NCBI RefSeq assembly: GCF_006345805.1
Contig: NC_043010.1
Span: forward strand, 58,590,001 to 58,654,000
Length of the DNA stretch: 64,000 nucleotides
Direction: 5' to 3'
DNA from: Octopus sinensis
Taxonomy: Eukaryota
A program made the position numbers and the translations under genes. Positions within the stretch are counted from its first letter, which is position 1. Each line of letters starts with the position of its first letter. Below are positions 11,191 through 26,205 of this stretch, piece after piece. Below the pieces are notes generated by a model, which did no database searches, had not been told where the DNA came from, and was given only the letters and a program-made list of their open reading frames with translations.

Positions 11191-13614
11191 CAATATAGTA
11201 TTGGGTGGACTCTTCTCTAGGGTACCCACGTTTGACCAATCAATCTGAGACTCATACTGCGGGTAGAAATCTTCCTTACATTCCACAAATGGCATGTTTC
11301 TATTATTCATCTCTGAAGAGTACCTCACTGGGGTACCAGGAATACTGCTGCTCTGACACGGTAAAGGTTGATCAATTCTGTTACATATAGCTGACCTATT
11401 AACACCTTTCCTAGTGCTCTTGGCAGAGCGAGACTGACCACTGCTACATTTCACAATACACAGTGTGATCGACACTACAATCACCACAGCTACTATTACA
11501 GCTGCTACTACAAGGATAATCAATAATGGTACGTCCAGTGTTCTGTTCTTCTCTAAGTGGACAGTCGGCATCGGTGCTGATGTCTTGTTAGTGACCCTTA
11601 ATGACAAAGACACAGTAGTTGTGGCTGACAACACTGGGCTTCCAGAATCCTTGACCACAAGCACCAGTTCGTATGAGCCAGCATCGTTGAGATGAGGTGC
11701 ACGCGAGAAAGACATTTGACCAGTTAAAGAGTTGAGTGTAAACAAGCGTTTATTGTTACCGTCAAGTATTCCATATTTGAGGAACGCATTTAAATGACTG
11801 TCTCTGTCAGACGCTCTAATCACAGTGATGGCATTGGTACTTTGCGGGTGGTAGTGGACATTGATATGGAAAGGGTCAGTTGTAGGGTAGATGAAATACG
11901 GATTATTGTCGTTTCTGTCTAAAACCTCAACAACAACATTCGCTGTGTTATTCAACGACGGTTTACCATTGTCTTTGACGAAAACCTCAAACTTATACAT
12001 GTCTTCTTCTTCTCTGTCCAATGGTATGTTGCTGGTAATAAAACCATAATCACTCACCTGGAACGGTATGTTATTTCTGTCTTTACTCAACAGTGAGAAC
12101 GTCAGTTGACCAGCACTTGCCAGGTCTGGGTCAGTGGCATTGATAAAACCTATAGGAAAGTTTGCTTTACCATTCTCATAGGTGAGGAAGTGGAATGTAT
12201 CTTTGGTAAATTGCGGTTGCACATCATTCACATCCATTACTTGGATTGAGATCTTTCTCTCCGTCTTTAAAGCAGGGCTTCCATTGTCTTCACACACAAT
12301 TCTCATGTTAAAATGGTCTAATTTTTCTCTGTCAAGGGATTTCTTCAGAGTAATCTTGTATTCCTTTGATCCTAAATGTGAGAGGACAACTGTATCATGT
12401 TCTAATTTACAACTCACTTCTCCATTTGCTCCAAAATCATTGTCCACCACATTCACATAAGCTAGATAACTGCCCACTTTTGTCCCTTCGTAAATAGCTG
12501 CAGTGCCCTTCTTCAATTCAGACACAAAATTTATATCAATTTCAGGAGGATGGTTCTTTTCATTGAGAATATTCATCCGTACAATGGCAAAGGAATTTAA
12601 AGAAGGATTCCCTCCATCTTTCGCCTCCACATACATCTTGAGAATATTCTTTGTTTGTGATGTTAATGGTTTTTCTACAAATAATTCTCCAGTTTGTTTG
12701 TTTAGTCTGAAATGTCTTCTTGTACGTTCTGGTGTTTCCGGACTAAAAAAATAAGACACTTTACCATTATTGCCAGAATCTGGGTCTTTTGCAGACAATG
12801 TCAAAATAGGGTTGTTGTTAGGATGTGTATTTTTGATGGAAATATTGTAAATATGTTTTGAAAAAACTGGTGAGTTATCATTCACATCAATTATTTTTAT
12901 ATGAACATGTAGAATTCCTTGTTTTGAAGGTTGCCCTCCATCATTAGCTATCACTTCTAGATTGTAACTATCTTTGATTTCTCTGTCTAGTTTGTCTCCA
13001 AGAATAATTCCTATCTTTGCTCTTCCGGTTATAGTTTTCTTCACAGACAATATAAATGGATCACTAAATTGTTTCTTCAATTTGTATGTAACTTCTGAAT
13101 TTTCCATTCCAACATCTCTATCAATGGCATCTGGAATTAATCTTTCGGCTCCTTCACGATCTTCCTCATTAAATATAATTTCTACATCTGGTTGAGGAAA
13201 CTCAGGGCTGTGATCATTAATGTCTTCTATAATTACTTTAATTTTAATAACTTTCAAAAATGTCTTCCTTCTACGTACAGCAACTTTGATATATCTAACA
13301 CAATCTGATTCATATGTACACAGTTTCTCTGCATCCAATGTTTGAGCCGTGTACAATTTACCATCTTGTGTGACATTAAACAAATGTGAATTTCCTGTTC
13401 TTTGTCTCTGTATTTGGTTGTATGTGATGAAGTTATTTCCCACAAGAGAGTCCGTTTCTTCCATCTGTGTGTCAGCAGCAATATCCCCAACAAAAGTAAA
13501 GGGACTGCTTTCTTCTTCTACATGATAGCTCAGATCTACACAGACACAACTGTGTAGTAATAGATTGAGGACATTTGCAAGTAAGTATGTATTCCACACA
13601 CAGCCTACTTCCAT
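11191..13614 (-). CDS. Protocadherin B, main coding exon (808 codons)
   Basis: ORF track 11023..13617; same architecture as A. ATG 13614, acceptor 13647, donor TTG|GTAAGT at 11191/11190. The Thr-rich extension in the ORF track is intron read-through. Confidence 0.96.
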
Positions 13615-14771
13615 CACAGAATGTTAAATCATATCTCGTGAGTTTATCTGAAATTATAGAAGAAAATAGAAAATTTTTATTGAAATATTTCACTGAAAGT
13701 TTGAGGTTTTGGAAAGAATCATTTGTTGAAATTGTTTAAAATTTCATGTGAATTATAGTAAAGTCGAAAGAAAGGAGTGAACATTTATGACATGTCTTAG
13801 TGTATGTCATAGCATTTCACTGTAAATTAGAAGTTTTAGAAAGAATCTTTTGATGAAATTGAAGAAAATTTCAAAACTATTATGGTCAGCAGAAGAGAAA
13901 GGAGTTAACTTTTATGATATCTTTCTTTGTAGTTCAAAGTTTCAATAATTTCAGTATTTTGTTCCCTAAATTCTTTTCTCTCAAGGGAACATTTTGTGGA
14001 TATTACAGATAGTTAATTTTACTTATAAAAAATAAAATGTTACATGCTTGAAAAGTTGGATATAAATCCAAAGATATATATCCATGAAGAAAGTGGAAGT
14101 AGAGTATTTGATTAGAATTTATGACATCTTCGAAGTTGTCTCCAAAATTCCCTGCAATTTTGAATCTAACCAAAATAGGTACGGGAGGTAACTGCATCTA
14201 TGGAGCCGACAATGTTTAATTGTCTCCCTTGTGTTAGGAATGCAATGGGGCGACTACGTGAGGATATTTTATAGGCACAGATTATGGAATGGTCTGAACA
14301 TTCTCGTCACAGTTGCATATTATCTTAAAAATAGAGATATCTTCATCTCGTTTTTACTAAGCAGTCATTCCTGGAATTGACAAAACGATTGTTCTTTTCC
14401 TTTTGATGCATTAATACCTGTTTTATTTCACTTTTCATTCAACATCAGAATTCTGTGAAGATAAAGATTATATCTATCCCTCTATCTCTATTTCAGTCTC
14501 TTTCTCCTCTTTCTCTCTCTCTCTGTATATATATATATGTATGTATGTATGTATATTATATCTGTTTGTGTCTCTGTCTATCTATCTATCTATCTCATTC
14601 ATTATTAATTACCTACTCAAATCTCAGATGATTTTATCAGACAATCAACATAATCAAAATTACTGGATCCTAAACATCAACATCTTCAACATAACATCAG
14701 CCACTGTTTTTTAATTAAAACAAAACCTTCATCCCTAAATGATCATAGCAACAGGCTTCTCCTTCTTCTTT

Positions 14772-14802
<31 letters not shown>

Positions 14803-15610
14803 TTCTCTCTTTCTGTTATTCCGTGCATCCATCTTTTCATTTATGTGTCTCCTTTTAAAGGTACTCATATATAATTGCAAGTTAACCCTTAAATGGGACC
14901 CTTTTACTCTCTTACAGATGAAAAAAATGTCATAAATTTATTTTGAACAGAGACGCAGAGAGAAAGCAGATGCCTACATTACATACAATAATGTGAGATA
15001 GAATAATATTATGTGAGATATGACTGAATATCACATTGTTTATGAGTAGAATATATGAAATATGTGATTATATATTAACAACTGTTAAAATTAATTAATC
15101 TAGACTTCAAAGGAAAATTAAGATTTCATTTCAGAAAATAAATACATTTAAAACTGTATTGAACAATAATGTTTGGATAACAAATCCTTTACAGAAATCA
15201 GAAAACCTTACCAAAAGTAGGAATTCTTCAATATCCAAATTAAAAGACAGGATTTCTTCAAGTTAATAACTTAAAGTCATCCCATTTTGGTGAGAACAGA
15301 GTTGGGCTTCAGTGTTTTGGTCCCTTCCGTTGGAAATGGTCCTAAAATATATTGAAATATAACAACAATACTGTATTCCATGTTATAGAAAGAAGAATGT
15401 GTGTGTGTGTGCATGTGAGAAAGAGCGCGAGAAGGGAGAGAGAGAGAGAGAGAGAGAAGGAAGTGAGAGAGAGAGAGTGAAAGACAGACAGACAGACAGA
15501 CAAGTGTAGTTTTGGCAGATACAGATTTATAACAATTTTTATGAACCATTATACTTATATGAGAGATGAATCACATTCATTGAGAATGTTCTGTGTGTAT
15601 GTATGTAATA

Positions 15611-15706
<96 letters not shown>

Positions 15707-16999
15707 TATATATGTAGGTGTGTGTGTATTTATATAGTTAGTAGTCTCACAGATATAGTTTTGGAGAATTAATGTATACACTCACTTCTAAACACTATAC
15801 ACAGTAAATATACATTCTGTACGGCAGACTATTCAACAAATTTACAAATTTCAAAAGAGAATAACTCCAAACATACAGTTTGTGATTCACTAACAAATAT
15901 ATAATTAGTGAAAGATAATGACGAGTGTATATAAGAAATTGAAGAACAACAGAAAGAAAAGGCTTCAACAAGCAAGATTTCTCATCATTATATAGCCATG
16001 TTTAAAAATATATACACCAGTGATTATACACAAAATTAACAATATACAACATATTGCTCATGCTGAAATTTTAATATATACACTGTACAATATCTTAAAC
16101 TATATATACAAACAAAAACGAAACACAGATATATGTGTATATTTATATAAGAAATTTAATCAGTAAATAACACTCCATCACAGCAAAATGTCTGCTGCTA
16201 TTGACACTATACAACAATGTGTCCAAGAAATGGCTATCATTATTAATATTATTATTATTATTTTCAATATTACTAATCCACACACACCACAGAAAAAAAA
16301 GATCCACTTGTATTTCTATGTCTTGTTGTCTTCACTTTGACACTAAAATATATTTTCCACAACAAATTGCTCACACAATCCCTCAGACAACCATGTCTGA
16401 CATCAGAACGATATCTGCTACTCTGTGATTATAGATTCATTATGAAGACCTCCTTCGTTAAATCGTTTCTATAAATGCTTTTAGAACATCATTTATACAT
16501 TGTGATATGACAAAATGAATAGAGAAATATTAAGTAAGAAATATTTCTGGGAATATAATGATATGTTGTTAGAGTGTCTGCAGGAAATCTACAAATGAAA
16601 TAATCTGGCTAAAGAGAAGAGACGGAATGTTGTGAAGACAAAATGGAGATTTCCTGTGAGAAATGAGATTTAGTGAGACAAACTTTGCATCTAATTTCAC
16701 CTAACCAACAACATAGGAGACTAAAACAATAACAATTATTATAAACTCTATCAATATAGAACCAGAATATTTGTGAGATGACACTGGATTATTAAATAAT
16801 CTAATAATAATAATAATAATAATAGTTAGTATTTTGCCCAGTGAAGTTGTATTTTGTGAGTAAAACCTCTGCTGATATTTGTGAGTGATATAAGGGTGTT
16901 TCTCTGAATGTCCCTTTGGTTTTCTCTTGTCTCTTATATATTTTCACATGATATTAAAGAGGAAAGATGGGAAATGAAAGAAGATAGATGTAGACTTAC

Positions 17000-17144
17000 C
17001 TCCATTGTCTCATCCATAATCAGTGTGGCAGTGTGTGAGGGAGTGTCTAGTGGTGTGTCACTCTGTGTGTGTGTGTGTGTGGTAGTAGAGATGTGGATCT
17101 CAGGCTGTAACTACTGCTGCTGTTGTTTCTGCTGCTGTAGTCTG

Positions 17145-17183
<39 letters not shown>

Positions 17184-17250
17184 TTCTACACATATACTGC
17201 AGTGATGTGTGTGTGTGTCATAAGAGCTGTGTATAGACTGTGTGCTGTGT
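17000..17250 (-). other. Putative 5' leader exon of gene B
   Basis: Homologous to 7090-7325; donor GAG|GTAAGT at 17000/16999. Confidence 0.7.
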
Positions 17251-18820
17251 AAATATACACAGTTTGTAGTTCTATGGTTTATAGTCTAACAATGGAGTGT
17301 TGTAACGATGTGTGATGTGTAGTAACTCTATCGGTTGTGTTGGGACACAAGTTAGTGTGTTGTTGTATATAGATATACAATAGAGGATACGTTTATCGTG
17401 TGTTTAAAAACATGATTGTATGTAAATATTTATATATGTATATTTATGTATGGTTGCATGTGGCTAGTCTTTAGTCACCTGCCTGATGGTTTGTCTCTCT
17501 TTTTACCTCTTGGCTGCCCTCTGACAGATTATACTTTATACACACACACACACGCACACTTATTATATCTGTATACATTTTTATATAAATATATTTATAT
17601 ATATATTATATCTGTGTATATGTGAGTATATCTACAATGTGTATGTGTGTATATACATATATTTCTATATATATATTATATCTGTATACAGATATATATA
17701 AATATATACATTATCATATATGTATATATATATATATATATGTGTGTTTTTATATATATATATATATATATATCATCATCATCATCAGCTAACAGCCAGG
17801 TGATAACTATTTCATATGCTTTGATGAATTATTAGACTATCAGAATATTTATCAGCATTTAAGTAGGGGATATTGTGAGAGACTGGTTTTGGGGGATAGC
17901 TGGGCATTGGTTTTTGTGTCTCAACACCCACCAATTGAATGAAGCACAATCAATAGTAGACGAGTGTATCCTGAGTACATTGTAGCCAGAAGAAAACTAC
18001 AGTAAAAGAAGGTCAGGTCTCTTTTAACCCTGCTGGCAACAAAAGTAATCTCACTGCAAATGATGTGTAGATTGCTTGTTAGTCTTGTATTACAAAAAAA
18101 AGTACTGCTTAGCAATAAGACAAAGGTATTGAATGTTAAACATTCAGATGTAGAATTTGGTAAGAAAGGAAGCAAGTAATGCCCACTTTCTTGTGTAATT
18201 TTGGTGAGTATTGAGCAAGAAGAGAGAGATTAGATGAAAGGAAACCTGGCTAAAGGAATATCAGGTGTAGTACAGAAACGGGGAGGTAGGGGCTAGGTGT
18301 TTGGTAGAAATGACATGGGTGTGGTTGTGTAGATCTGAGATGTAAATGGATGGTTGCAGTTGAGTAAGGATGTCGTTGGAGGAACTGGAAGGAGTCTCAG
18401 GGAGAGGAAATCCAAGAGAGACAGAGGGAGATGGGAACCTTAGAGAGAAGACAGCAAAGGAATGCAACAAATTGTGTGATATAGAGTTGAATGGGTTCAA
18501 GCCTAGCTGGGAATGTATAGGAAAAAATGGATATTAGCACGGGGATAAAGTGTGTTTGTGTATACACATAGGGTGAAAATTTGTATGAATGTGTTAATGT
18601 GTCTTTCTGTGTGTGCATTGATGTAATGTGTGTAGGTGTGTGTGTACAACTACAATCTTATGTGTGTCCGTGTTTGTGATTCTAGTGTGTGTGTTTGTGT
18701 GTGTGTTGTTAAGAATGTGTCCATCAAATATTCCACTATGGTAAGATGGTAAGATCCTCACAGAATATTCCAGAGTCTGTCTGTGTAACAATATCTTTTT
18801 TCCTTGGCAGAAATGTGGTT

Positions 18821-18844
18821 TTATTTTTTAATTCTTGTTGGTAA
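18821..18844 (-). CDS. Putative terminal coding exon of gene C (LPTRIKK*)
   Basis: Same polypyrimidine-CAG acceptor and codons as 9009-9032. Confidence 0.55.
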   Translation of the reverse strand, partial: LPTRIKK

Positions 18845-19295
18845 CTGGAATGGAGAAAGAAAGAGAGAAAGAGTTTAACAGAACATTGAATCAAGTATGT
18901 CACCTCAAATGTATGCCAGACAATATATCTGACAGCTATCATGGTGACCCAATATATTAGAGGCCTTTAAAGTGCATCGGTTGGAGGGGGCCTTCTTCAG
19001 AAGTTCCAGTTTTGAGAAGTGTGGGACTATTTCTTAGCCTCTATTGCTACCAGATCTACTTTGACCCCAGGTAGTAGCACCCACCTAACTCATGGTCATG
19101 GGTTAATTAGCATTTCATGGAATGGCATCGAGATAATTTACAGACATCATAACAAGCCCAGGGCAGATGAAACCCTTCAACTCTTTAGCAGGTCGTCTAA
19201 GAGAAGGTAAATCCAGATAAATCCTGCTAAGTACTGGGCTCATGCGATTTGTTTCACCAGATCAAGACACAAAGATACACACTCATTAATATATA

Positions 19296-20562
19296 CTGGG
19301 TTGGCAAATCAGTTCCCGCGTTTTTTTTTATTTTGGAATCTATTTTTTTCCGAGATTTCTGTTTTTGAATCACTTTGGAATCTATTGTTTTTTTTTCTAG
19401 TTAATTTTAGTTATTTTTTGTTTATTTTCATATCCTTAAAATAGAACATCAATTTAAGAAAAACAAGCTTTTTCAACTCCTCCTTCTTTTTGATTTTAAT
19501 CAAGGTTCTAAGGCAGCAAAAGCTGCTCGTGACATTTGTGCTGTGTATGGAGTGGGTACCATAGCTGAAAGCACTACTCATGACTGGTATGCCAAGTTCA
19601 AAAATGGAAATTTTGACTTTAAAGATGCACTTTGTTCTGGCCATCCAGTTGAGTTCAATGAAGACCGATTAAACCAACCTTGGCATGAAAATTCTCATCA
19701 AACAACAAGGGAGCTGGCAGAGAAAATGGAATGCTCCTACACTGCTATAGAGACGCATCTTCACTCGATGGGAAAGGTTAAAAAATTATTGAGCATAGGT
19801 TCCGCATGCTTTAAGTGACAACAACAGAAATCAATGAGCCACAATCTCTGCTGTGTTGCTTGCATGTCACCGCTCAACTCATGGACACAAGCAATGATTT
19901 CTTTACCGAATCGTTACTGGTGATGGAAATTGATGTCTGTACATCAATATGAAGCAGCATAAGGAATGGCTTAGCCCCAGTAGAGTGACACTGCACATGA
20001 AACAAGATCTGCATCCATGTAAAACGATGTTGTGCGTATGGTGGGACTCGGAAGGGATTGTCCATTACGAAATGCTTGAATGGAACCAAACGGTCAATGT
20101 GGAACTCTATGTTCAACAGATGGAACAAATCAACATGGCTATTCAAGAGGAAAAAACCTAATGTTTAGCATGGAGTTCTTCTGCTGCACAGCAACTCCCG
20201 CCCTCGTATCACCAATATGATCAAGGAAGCCATTCCAACGCATGACTGGGAAGTGCTGCCACACCCGCTGTACTCTCCCTATTTGGCACCAACGGATTTC
20301 CACCTCTTTCGATCTCTTTCAAATGCTATGCATGGAGTTTTATTCAATATTGATGCAGAATTGAGAGCATGGTTGGATCAATTTTTCGAGTCGAAGTCAG
20401 GTGATTTCTACCAACAAGGTATTGGAAATCTTGTTAAAAGTTGGGAAGAAGTTTTAAACAACAAGGATGAATACATTATTGATTAATTAGTTGTTATTCT
20501 ATTTTAAACCTTTTAATAAGATTTAATTTAAAAAGACAGCGGGAACTTAGTTGTGAACCTAA
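19296..20562 (+). mobile_element. Near full-length degenerate mariner transposon in intron 2 of gene C
   Basis: Transposase fragments: HTH region (WYAKFKNG), IVTGDGN-like, LCVWWD, HPLYSPYLAPTDFHLF. Imperfect ~24-bp TIRs (ctgggttggcaaatcagttcccgc / gcgggaacttagttgtgaacctaa) flanked by TA. Empty site in unit D at ~28440. Confidence 0.93.
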
Positions 20563-20644
20563 TATATATACATATATATAGAAGGTGATTTTTCAGTTTC
20601 TATCAACCAAATCCTCTCACAAGGCTTTGACCAACTCAAGTCTA

Positions 20645-20790
20645 TATCATCATCGTTTAACGTCCATTTTCCATGCTAGCATGGGTTGGACAGTTTTCAC
20701 AGAGGGCTGGCAACCAGATGGCTGCACAGGGCTCCAGTCTTGATCTGGCAGAGTTTCCACAGATGGATGCCCTTCCTGATGCCAACCAGT
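20645..20790 (-). mobile_element. RTE LINE 3' tail fragment
   Basis: catcatcgtttaacgtcc...ggatgcccttcct..gccaacc matches the 3' end of the RTE at 58697-58860. Confidence 0.75.
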
Positions 20791-20870
20791 ATAGTAGAAG
20801 ATATTTCCCAAAGGTGACATGCAGTGGAGTTAGCAATGGGGAGAGGCTTTTTTTGTAAACTTATACTTAC

Positions 20871-23293
20871 CAATATTGTATTGGGTGGACTCTTCTCCAG
20901 GGTACCCACGTTTGACCAATCAATCTGAGACTCATACTGCGGGTAGAAATCTTCCTTACATTCCACAAATGGCATGTTTCTATTATTCATCTCTGAAGAG
21001 TACCTCACTGGGGTACCAGGAATACTGCTGCTCTGACACGGTAAAGGTTGATCAATTCTGTTACATATAGCTGACCTATTAACACCTTTCCTAGCGTTCT
21101 TGGCAGAGCGAGACTGACCACTGCTACATTTCACAATACACAGTGTGATCGACACTACAATCACCACAGCTACTATTACAGCTGCTACTACAAGGATAAT
21201 CAATAATGGTACGTCCAGTGTTCTGTTCTTCTCTAAGTGGACAGTCGGCATCGGTGCTGATGTCTTGTTAGTGACCCTTAATGACAAAGACACAGTAGTT
21301 GTGGCTGACAACACTGGGCTTCCAGAATCCTTGACCACAAGCACCAGTTCGTATGAGCCAGCATCATTGAGATGAGGTGCACGCGAGAAAGACATTTGAC
21401 CAGTTAAAGAGTTGAGTGTAAACAAGCGTTTATTGTTACCGTCAAGTATTCCATATTTGAGGAACGCATTTAAATGACTGTCGCTGTCAGACGCTCTAAT
21501 CACAGTGATGGCATTGGTACTTTGCGGGTGGTAGTGGACATTGATATGGAAAGGGTCAGTTGTAGGGTAGATGAAATACGGATTATTGTCGTTTCTGTCT
21601 AAAACCTCAACAACAACATTCGCTGTGTTATTCAACGACGGTTTACCATTGTCTTTGACAAAAACCTCAAACTTATACATGTCTTCTTCTTCTCTGTCCA
21701 ATGGTATGTTGCTGGTAATAAAACCATAATCACTCACCTGGAACGGTATGTTATTTCTGTCTTTACTCAACAGTGAGAACGTCAGTTGACCAGCACTTGC
21801 CAGGTCTGGGTCAGTGGCATTGATAAAACCTATAGGAAAGTTTGCTTTACCATTCTCATAGGTGAGGAAGTGGAATGTATCTTTGGTAAATTGCGGTTGC
21901 ACATCATTCACATCCATTACTTGGATTGAGATCTTTCTCTCCATCTTTAAAGCAGGGCTTCCATTGTCTTCACACACAATTCTCATGTTAAAATGGTCTA
22001 ATGTTTCTCTGTCAAGTGGTTTCTTCAGAGTAATCTTGTATTCCTTTGATCCTAAATGTGAGAGGACAACTTTATCATGTTCTAATTTACAACTCACTTC
22101 TCCATTTGCTCCAAATCATTGTCCACCACATTCACATAAGCTAGATAACTGCCCACTTTAGTTCCTTCATAAATAGCTGCAGTGTCCTTCTTCAATTCAG
22201 ACACAAAATTGATCCCTATTTTGGGGGGATGGTTCTTTTCATTGAGAATATTCACCCGTACAATGGCAAAGGAATTTAAAGAAGGATTCCCACCATCTTT
22301 CGCCTCCACATACATCTTGAGAATATTCTTTGTTTGTGATGTTAATGGTTTTTCTACAAATAATTCCCCAGTTTGTTGGTTCAGTCTGAAATACTGTCTT
22401 GTGCGTTCTGGTGTTTTTGAACTAAAAAAATAAGACACTTTACCATTATTGCCAGAATCTGGGTCTTTTGCAGACAATGTCAAAATAGGGTTGTTGTTAG
22501 GATGTGTATTTTTGATGGAAATATTGTAAATATGTTGTGAAAAAACTGGTGAGTTATCATTCACATCAATTATTTTTATATGAACATGTAAAATTCCTTG
22601 TTTCGAAGGTTGTCCTCCATCATTAGCTATCACTTCTAGATTGTAACTATCTTGTATTTCTCTGTCTAGTTTGTCTCCAAGAATAATTCCTATCTTTGCC
22701 CCTCCAGTGATAGTTTTCCTCACAGACAATATAAATGGATCGCTAAATTGTTTCTTTAATTTATATGTAATTTCAGAGTTTTCCATTCCAACATCTTTGT
22801 CAAAGGCATCTGGAATTAATTCTTCAGCACCTTCTCCATCACGCTCATCAAATGTCATATTTATTTCTTTTTGAGGAAACTCAGGGCTGTGATCATTAAT
22901 GTCTTCTATAATTACTTTAATTTTAATAACTTTCAAAAATGTCTTCCTTCTATGTACAGCAACTTTGATGTATCTAACACATTCTGATTCGTATGTACAC
23001 AGTTTCTCAGCATCCAATGTTTGAGCCGTGTACAATTTACCATCTTGTGTGACATTGAATAAATGTGAATTCTCTGTCCATTGCTGTTGCATTTGGTTGT
23101 ATGTGATGAAGTTATTTCCCACAAGAGAGTCCGTTTCTTCCATCTGTGTGTCAGCAGCAATATCCCCAACAAAAGTAAAGGGACTGCTTTCTTCTTCTAC
23201 ATGATAGCTCAGATCTACACAGACACAACTGTGTAGTAATAGATTGAGGACATTTGCAAGTAAGTATGTATTCCACACACAGCCTACTTCCAT
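20871..23293 (-). pseudogene. Protocadherin C with a single 1-nt frameshift (recent pseudogene or assembly error)
   Basis: Split ORFs 22094..23296 and 20697..22097. The ATG-to-donor span is 2423 nt versus 2424 in B and D. ccaaatc at ~22111-22117 corresponds to ccaaaatc in the other copies. No other stop or frameshift; splice sites intact (23326, 20871). Confidence 0.9.
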
Positions 23294-24839
23294 CACAGAA
23301 TGTTAAATCATATCTCGTGAGCTTATCTGAAATTACAGAAGAAAATAGAATATTTTTATTGAAAAATTTCACTGAAATTTTGAGGTTTTGGAAAGAATCT
23401 TCCGTCGAAATTGTTTAAAATTTCAAAACTATTATGGGAGACTTGAAAGAAAGGTGTTAATATTTATGGGACATTAAGTTTAGTTCAAAGTTTCCCGAAT
23501 TTAAGTGTTTTTACCCTAAATTCTCATCTATGAAGAGAAGGGATATTTATTCTTGGTTTGTTAAAAGAAAGTGGAAATAGGGTATTTGACAAGAATTTCT
23601 GACATTTTCGAAGTAGTCTTGAATACTTCCTTAAAGTAAAGTTAGACAAAATAGTAACGGGAGGTAACTGCATTTATGGTGCGTAGAATGTTTTATTATC
23701 TCCCTTATTTTAGCTTCAGAGTTGGAGACTTGGAATATTATAGTCAGAAATTTCTTGTCTCCATTGGATATTTTCTTTAAAATGTTGATATCGTCATCTT
23801 TTTCTGCTCACTAGCTTTTCCATGAAGTAACAGAACTGCGGATATTTAACCGTAGGGACATTGCAAGCTATCCTTTCATTCTTCATTCAGCATCAAAATT
23901 CGGTGATGATGGTTACCTATCTCTCTCTCGCTCTCTCTCTCCATATATATATATATATATATATATATCACTATTTATCTATCTATTCTATCTATCTATC
24001 TATTTCATTATTAATTACCCACTCAAATTCTCAGATAATTTTATCAGACAATAAATGTTATCAAAATTATTGGATCTTAATCATTCACATCTTCAAATTA
24101 ACAACAGCTAGTTTTTTAATTAAAACAAAACCTTCATCCCTAAAGGATCGTAGCCACAGGCTTCTCCTTCTTCTTCTCTCTCTCCCTCTCTCCCTCTGTC
24201 TTTCACTGATTCCATGTGTCTATCTTTTCATTTATGTGTCTCCTTGTAAAGGTACTCATATATAAGTGCAAGTTAACCCTTAAATAGGCCCCTTTTACTC
24301 TCTTACAGATGAAAAAAGTGTCATAAATTTATTTATAATATATTAACAACAGTTATAATTAATTAATCTAGATTTCAAAGGAAAATTAAGATCTCATTTC
24401 AGAAACTAAATACATTTAAAACTGTATTGAACAATAATGTTCTATATAACAAATCCTTTAAAGAAATCAGAAAACCTTACCAAAAGTAGGAATTCTTCAA
24501 CATCCAAATTAAAAGACAGGATTTCTTCAAGTTAATAACTTAAAGTCATCCCATTTTGGTGAGAACAGAGTTGGGCTTCAGTGTTTTGGTCCCTTCCGTT
24601 GGAAATGGCCCTAAAATATATTGAAATATAACATCAATACTGTATTCCATGTTATAGAAATAAGAATGTGTGTGTGTGTGCATGTGAGAAAGAACGCAAG
24701 AAGGGAGAGAGAGAGAGAGTGAAAGACAGACAGACAGACAAGTGTAGTTTTAGCAGATACAGATTTATAACAATTCTTATGAACCATTATACTTCTATGA
24801 GAGATGAATCACATTCATTGAGAATGTTCTGTGTGTATG

Positions 24840-24884
<45 letters not shown>

Positions 24885-25299
24885 TTATATATGTAGGTGT
24901 GTATATATTTATATAGTTAGTAGTCTCACAGATATAGTTTTGGAGAATTAATGTATACACTCACTTCTAAACACTATACACAGTAAATATACATTCTGTA
25001 CTGAAGACTATTCAACAAATTTACAAATGTCAATATAGAATAACTCTAAACATACAGTTTGTGATTCACAAACAAATATATAATTAGTGAAAGATAATGA
25101 CGAGTGTATATAAGAAATTGAAGAACAACAGAAAGAAAAGGTTCAACAAGCAAGATTTCTCATCATTATATAGCCATGTTTAAATATATATACACCAGTG
25201 ATTATAAACTAAATTATTAACAATGTATATCACCAACTGAAATGTTAATATATACACTGTACAATATCTTAAACAATAAATACTGACAGAACCAAACAC

Positions 25300-25354
<55 letters not shown>

Positions 25355-26205
25355 CCACAAGAAATTTAATCACCAATGACTCTGTATCACAGCAAAATGT
25401 CTGCTGCTATTCACAATATACAACAATGTGTCTAACGAATGGCTATCATTATTAATATTATTATTATTTTGAACATTACTAATCCACACACACCACAGAA
25501 AAAAAAGATCCACTTGTATTTCTATGTCTTGTTGTCTTCACTTTGACACTAAAATATATTTTCCACAATAAATTGCTCACACAATCCCTCAAACAACCAT
25601 GTCTGACATCAGAACGATATCTGCTACTCTGTGATTATAGATTCATTATGAAGACCTCCTTCGTTAAATCGTTTCTATAAATGCTTTTAGAACATCATTT
25701 ATACATTGTGATATGATAAAATGAATAGAGAAATATTAAGTAAGAAATATTTCTGGGAATATAATGATATATTGTTAGAGTGTCTGCAGGAAATCTACAA
25801 ATGAAATAATCTGGCTAAAGAGAAGAGACGGAATGTTGTGAAGACAAAATGGAGATTTCCTGTGATAAATGAGATTTAGTGAGACAAACTTTGCATCTAA
25901 TTTCACCGAACCAACAACATAGGAGACTAAAACAATAACAATTATTATAAACTCTATCAATATAGAACCAGAATATTTGTGAGATGACACTGGATTATTA
26001 AATAATCTAATAATAATAATAATAATAATAGTTAGTATTTTGCCCAGTGAAGTTGTATGTTGTGAGTAAAACATTTGCTGATATTTGTGAGTGATATAAG
26101 GGTGTTTCTCTGAATGTCCCTTTGGTTTTCTCTTGTCTCTTATATATTTTCACATGATATTAAAGAGGAAAGATGGGAAATGAAAGAAGATAGATGTAGA
26201 CTTAC

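Noticed and set aside
17830-18440. Block shared by units B/C and C/D intergenic regions (also 26950-27600), considered as an extra exon or small gene
   Set aside because: No conserved open frame between the two copies and absent at the equivalent position near 7.6-8.6 kb; probably an old LINE remnant, family not determinable by eye.
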